Shown here one piece after another: positions 60,251-64,000 of a DNA stretch of 64,000 nucleotides (position 1 is its first letter; each line of letters opens with the position of its first letter). The stretch lies in NCBI GenBank assembly GCA_964016885.1, contig CAXHJY010000898.1, positions 434,001-498,000 on the forward strand, given 5' to 3'. The position numbers and the translations under genes are program-made. The DNA comes from Eledone cirrhosa (Eukaryota). A model generated the notes under the pieces. The model saw only the letters and a program-made list of their open reading frames with translations. It had not been told where the DNA came from and did no database searches.

Positions 60251-61800
60251 GATAGCTTAGCTTAGCTTAGCTTAGCTTAGCTTAGCTTAGGATAGCTTAG
60301 CTTAGCTTAGCTTAGCTTAGGATAGCTTAGCTTAGCTTAGCTTAGCTTAGGATAGCTTAGCTTAGCTTAGCTTAGCTTAGCTTAGGATAGCTTAGCTTAG
60401 CTTAGCTTAGGATAGCTTAGCTTAGTTTAGGATAGCTTAGCTTAGCTTAGCTTAGGATAGCTTAGGATAGCTTAGCTTAGGATAGCTTAGGATAGCTTAG
60501 CTTAGGATAGCTTAGGATAGCTTAGGTTAGGATAGCTTAGCTTAGGATAGCTTAGGATAGCTTAGCTTAGGATAGCTTAGGATAGCTTAGCTTAGGATAG
60601 CTTAGGATAGCTTAGCTTAGAATAGCTTAGCTTAGGATAGCTTAGGAAAGCTTAGCTTAGCTTAGCTTAGGATAGCTTAGCTTAGCTTAGCTTAGGATAG
60701 CTTAGCTTAGCTTAGCTTAGGATAGCTTAGGATAGCTTAGCTTAGGATAGCTTAGGATAGCTTAGCTTTGGATAGCTTAGCTTAGGAGAGCTTAGCTTAG
60801 GATAGCTTAGGATAGCTTAGCTTAGGATAGCTTAGGATAGCTTAGCTTAGGATAGCTTAGCTTAGGATAGCTTAGGATAGCTTAGCTTAGCTTAGCTTAG
60901 GATAGCTTAGCTTAGCTTAGCTTAGCTTAGGATAGCTTAGCTTAGCTTAGCTTAGCTTAGGATAGCTTAGCTTAGCTTAGCTTAGGATAGCTTAGGATAG
61001 CTTAGCTTAGGATAGCTTAGGATAGCTTAGCTTAGGATAGCTTAGGATAGCTTAGCTTAGGATAGCTTAGGATAGCTTAGCTTAGGATAGCTTAGCTTAG
61101 GATAGCTTAGCTTAGCTTAGCTTAGGATAGCTTAGCTTAGGATAGCTTAGGATAGCTTAGCTTAGGATAGCTTAGCTTAGGATAGCTTAGGATAGCTTAG
61201 CTTAGCTTAGCTTAGGATAGCTTAGCTTAGCTTAGCTTAGGATAGCTTAGCTTAGCTTAGGATAGCTTAGCTTAGCTTAGCTTAGGATAGCTTAGCTTAG
61301 CTTAGCTTAGGATAGCTTAGCTTAGCTTAGCTTAGGATAGCTTAGCTTAGCTTAGGATAGCTCAGCTTAGCTTAGCTTAGGAAAGCTTAGCTTAGCTTAG
61401 CTTAGGATAGCTTAGCTTAGGATAGCTTAGCTTAGGATAGCTTAGCTTAGGTTAGCTTAGCTTAGCTTAGCTTAGGATAGCTTAGGATAGCTTAGCTTAG
61501 GATAGCTTAGCTTAGCTTAGCTTAGGATAGCTTAGCTTAGCTTAGCTTAGGATAGCTTAGCTTAGCTTAGCTTAGGATAGCTTAGCTTAGGATAGCTTAT
61601 GATAGCTTAGCTTAGCTTAGCTTAGGATAGTTTAGCTTAGCTTAGCTTAGGATAGCTTAGCTTAGCTTAGCTTAGGATAGCTTAGCTTAGCTTAGCTTAG
61701 GATAGCTTAGCTTAGGTTAGCTTAGGATAGCTTAGGATAGCTTAGCTTAGGATAGCTTAGGATAGCTTAGCTTAGGATAGCTTAGCTTAGGATAGCTTAG
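56800..61800 (+). repeat. ~2.5-kb tandem sub-repeat (two copies)
   Basis: CTTAA 56861/59341, TATAG 57566/60051, CTTTG 58276/60766, CTCAG 58841/61361 (offsets 2,480-2,520). The same period is seen at 13761/16271 and 14466/16981. Confidence 0.82.
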
Positions 61801-64000
61801 CTTAGGTTAGCTTAGCTTAGCTTAGCTTAGGATAGCTTAGGATAGCTTAGCTTAGGATAGCTTAGCTTAGCTTAGCTTAGGATAGCTTAGCTTAGGATAG
61901 CTTAGGATAGCTTAGCTTAGGATAGCTTAGCTTAGGATAGCTTAGCTTAGGATAGCTTAGGATAGCTTAGCTTAGCTTAGCTTAGGATAGCTTAGCTTAG
62001 CTTAGCTTAGGATAGCTTAGCTTAGGTTAGCTTAGCTTAGCTTAGCTTAGGATAGCTTAGCTTAGGATAGCTTAGGATAGCTTAGCTTAGGATAGCTTAG
62101 CTTAGGATAGCTTAGGATAGCTTAGCTTAGGATAGCTTAGAATAGCTTAGCTTAGGATAGCTTAGCTTAGGATAGCTTAGGATAGCTTAGCTTAGCTTAG
62201 CTTAGGATAGCTTAGCTTAGCTTAGCTTAGGATAGCTTAGCTTAGCTTAGCTTAGGATAGCTTAGCTTAGCTTAGCTTAGGATAGCTTAGGATAGCTTAG
62301 CTTAGGATAGCTTAGGATAGCTTAGGATAGCTTAGCTTAGCTTAGCTTAGGATAGCTTAGCTTAGCTTAGCTTAGGATAGCTTAGCTTAGCTTAGCTTAG
62401 GATAGCTTAGCTTAGCTTAGGATAGCTTAGCTTAGCTTAGCTTAGGATAGCTTAGCTTAGCTTAGCTTAGGATAGCTTAGCTTAGCTTAGGATAGCTTAG
62501 CTTAGGATAGCTTAGCTTAGCTTAGCTTAGGATAGCTTAGCTTAGCTTAGCTTAGGATAGCTTAGCTTAGCTTAGCTTAGGATAGCTTAGCTTAGCTTAG
62601 CTTAGGATAGCTTAGCTTAGCTTAGCTTAGGATAGCTTAGCTTAGCTTAGCTTAGGATAGCTTAGCTTAGCTTAGCTTAGGATAGATTAGCTTAGCTTAG
62701 GATAGCTTAGCTTAGCTTAGCTTAGGAAAGCTTAGCTTAGCTTAGGATAGCTTAGCTTAGCTTAGCTTAGGAGAGCTTAGCTTAGCTTAGGATAGCTTAG
62801 CTTAGCTTAGCTTAGGATAGCTTAGCTTAGCTTAGCTTAGGTAGCTTAGCTTAGCTTAGCTTAGGATAGCTTAGCTTAGCTTAGCTTAGGATAGCTTAGG
62901 ATAGCTTAGCTTAGGATAGCTTAGGATAGCTTACCTTAGGAGAGCTTAGCTTAGGATAGCTTAGCTTAGGATAGCTTAGGATAGCTTAGCTTAGGATAGC
63001 TTAGCTTAGGATAGCTTAGCTTAGGATAGCTTAGGATAGCTTAGCTTAGCTTAGCTTAGGATAGCTTAGCTTAGCTTAGCTTAGGATAGCTTAGCTTAGG
63101 TTAGCTTAGCTTAGCTTAGCTTAGGATAGCTTAGGATAGCTTAGCTTAGGATAGCTTAGGATAGCTTAGCTTAGGATAGCTTAGGATAGCTTAGCTTAGG
63201 ATAGCTTAGCTTAGGATAGCTTAGGATTGCTTAGCTTAGGATAGCTTAGGATAGCTTAGCTTAGGATAGCTTAGCTTAGGATCGCTTAGGATAGCTTAGC
63301 TTAGCTTAGCTTAGGATAGCTTAGCTTAGCTTAGCTTAGGATAGCTTAGCTTAGCTTAGCTTAGGATAGCTTAGCTTAGCTTAGCTTAGGATAGCTTAGG
63401 ATAGCTTAGCTTAGGATAGCTTAGGATAGCTTAGCTTAGGATAGCTTAGGATAGCTTAGCTTAGGATAGCTTAGCTTAGGATAGCTTAGCTTAGGATAGC
63501 TTAGGATAGCTTAGCTTAGGATAGCTTAGGATAGCTTAGCTTAGGATAGCTTAGCTTAGGATAGCTTAGCTTAGGATAGCTTAGGATAGCTTAGCTTAGC
63601 TTAGCTTAGGATAGCTTAGCTTAGCTTAGCTTAGGATAGCTTAGCTTAGCTTAGCTTAGGATAGCTTAGCTTAGCTTAGCCTAGGATAGCTTAGGATAGC
63701 TTAGCTTAGGATAGCTTAGGATAGCTTAGCTTAGGTTAGCTTAGGATAGCTTAGCTTAGGATAGATTAGCTTAGGATAGCTTAGCTTAGGATAGCTTAGG
63801 ATAGCTTAGCTTAGGATAGCTTAGGATAGCTTAGCTTAGAATAGCTTAGCTTAGGATAGCTTAGGAAAGCTTAGCTTAGCTTAGCTTAGGATAGCTTAGC
63901 TTAGCTTAGCTTAGGATAGCTTAGCTTAGCTTAGCTTAGGATAGCTTAGGATAGCTTAGCTTAGGATAGCTTAGGATAGCTTAGCTTTGGATAGCTTAGC
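60250..64000 (+). repeat. Third copy of the ~1,900-5,600 / ~28,550-32,130 block
   Basis: GTAG 62841, CTTAC 62930, GATTG 63225 and GATCG 63280 are +58,385 from 4456/4545/4840/4895 and +31,875 from 30966/31055/31350/31405. Confidence 0.87.

Larger units (their letters stand above)
1..64000 (+). repeat. Simple pentameric tandem satellite array, (CTTAG)n interrupted by GATAG; continues off both window edges
   Basis: Every line parses into CTTAG/GATAG monomers plus sparse variants (GAAAG, GAGAG, GTTAG, AATAG, ATTAG, CTTGG, CTTTG, CTCAG, CTTAC, CTTAA, TTTAG, TATAG, GACAG, GATTG, GATCG, 4-bp GTAG). No unique sequence and no inverted block seen. Confidence 0.99.

Noticed and set aside
1-64000. Protein-coding ORFs on either strand
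   Set aside because: The + strand has TAG in nearly every monomer, so each frame stops about every 15 nt. The - strand has TAA in every CTAAG. The rare ATGs (e.g. 32756 and 61599 on +, CATAG variants on -) open only a few codons.
1-64000. CRISPR array or other repeat-spacer system
   Set aside because: There are no unique spacers, leader or cas genes. All variation is monomer order and point variants.
1-64000. Functional telomerase-made telomere tract
   Set aside because: There are no G-tracts beyond GG, apart from rare GGG variants. Multi-kb blocks with shared point variants indicate recombinational copying rather than de novo templated addition. Only a possible evolutionary link is kept as a finding.
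1-64000. Binary code, synthetic data-storage DNA or simulated sequence in the C/G monomer order
   Set aside because: The order is highly redundant and is explained by nested duplications with inherited point mutations, as expected for natural satellite evolution.
1-64000. Pure sequencing or basecalling artefact
   Set aside because: Rare variants recur in the same order at constant multi-kb offsets, which random error would not produce. Misassembly of block order remains possible.
1-64000. GATA-factor site cluster or Bkm (GATA)n satellite
   Set aside because: The context is GGATAG, which does not fit WGATAR, and GATA is never tandem.

Overview
The whole 64-kb window is one uninterrupted, single-orientation simple satellite built from two 5-bp monomers, CTTAG (major) and GATAG (minor). 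Both are 40% GC and end in TAG. I see no genes, RNA genes, transposons or CRISPR arrays: the + strand has TAG every 5 bp and the - strand has TAA in every CTAAG. The array is organised hierarchically. (1) 5-bp monomers. (2) A dominant 25-bp unit in two forms, G-C-C-C-C and G-C-G-C-C (G=GATAG, C=CTTAG), with 10/15/20/30-bp variants. (3) Marker cassettes of a few hundred bp, defined by ordered rare variants such as ATTAG..GAAAG..GAGAG..GTAG..CTTAC-CTTAG-GAGAG. (4) Tandem duplications of 34, 70, 280, 964, 1379 and ~2,500 bp. (5) Multi-kb block copies at offsets of ~11.8, ~26.5-27.0, ~31.3-31.9, ~43.1 and ~58.4 kb. All 21 breaks of the 5-bp phase that I found are the same GATAG->GTAG deletion. The architecture resembles eukaryotic centromeric or heterochromatic satellite DNA from a long-read assembly, but neither organism nor function can be established from the sequence. 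Marker positions were read by eye and block boundaries are approximate.
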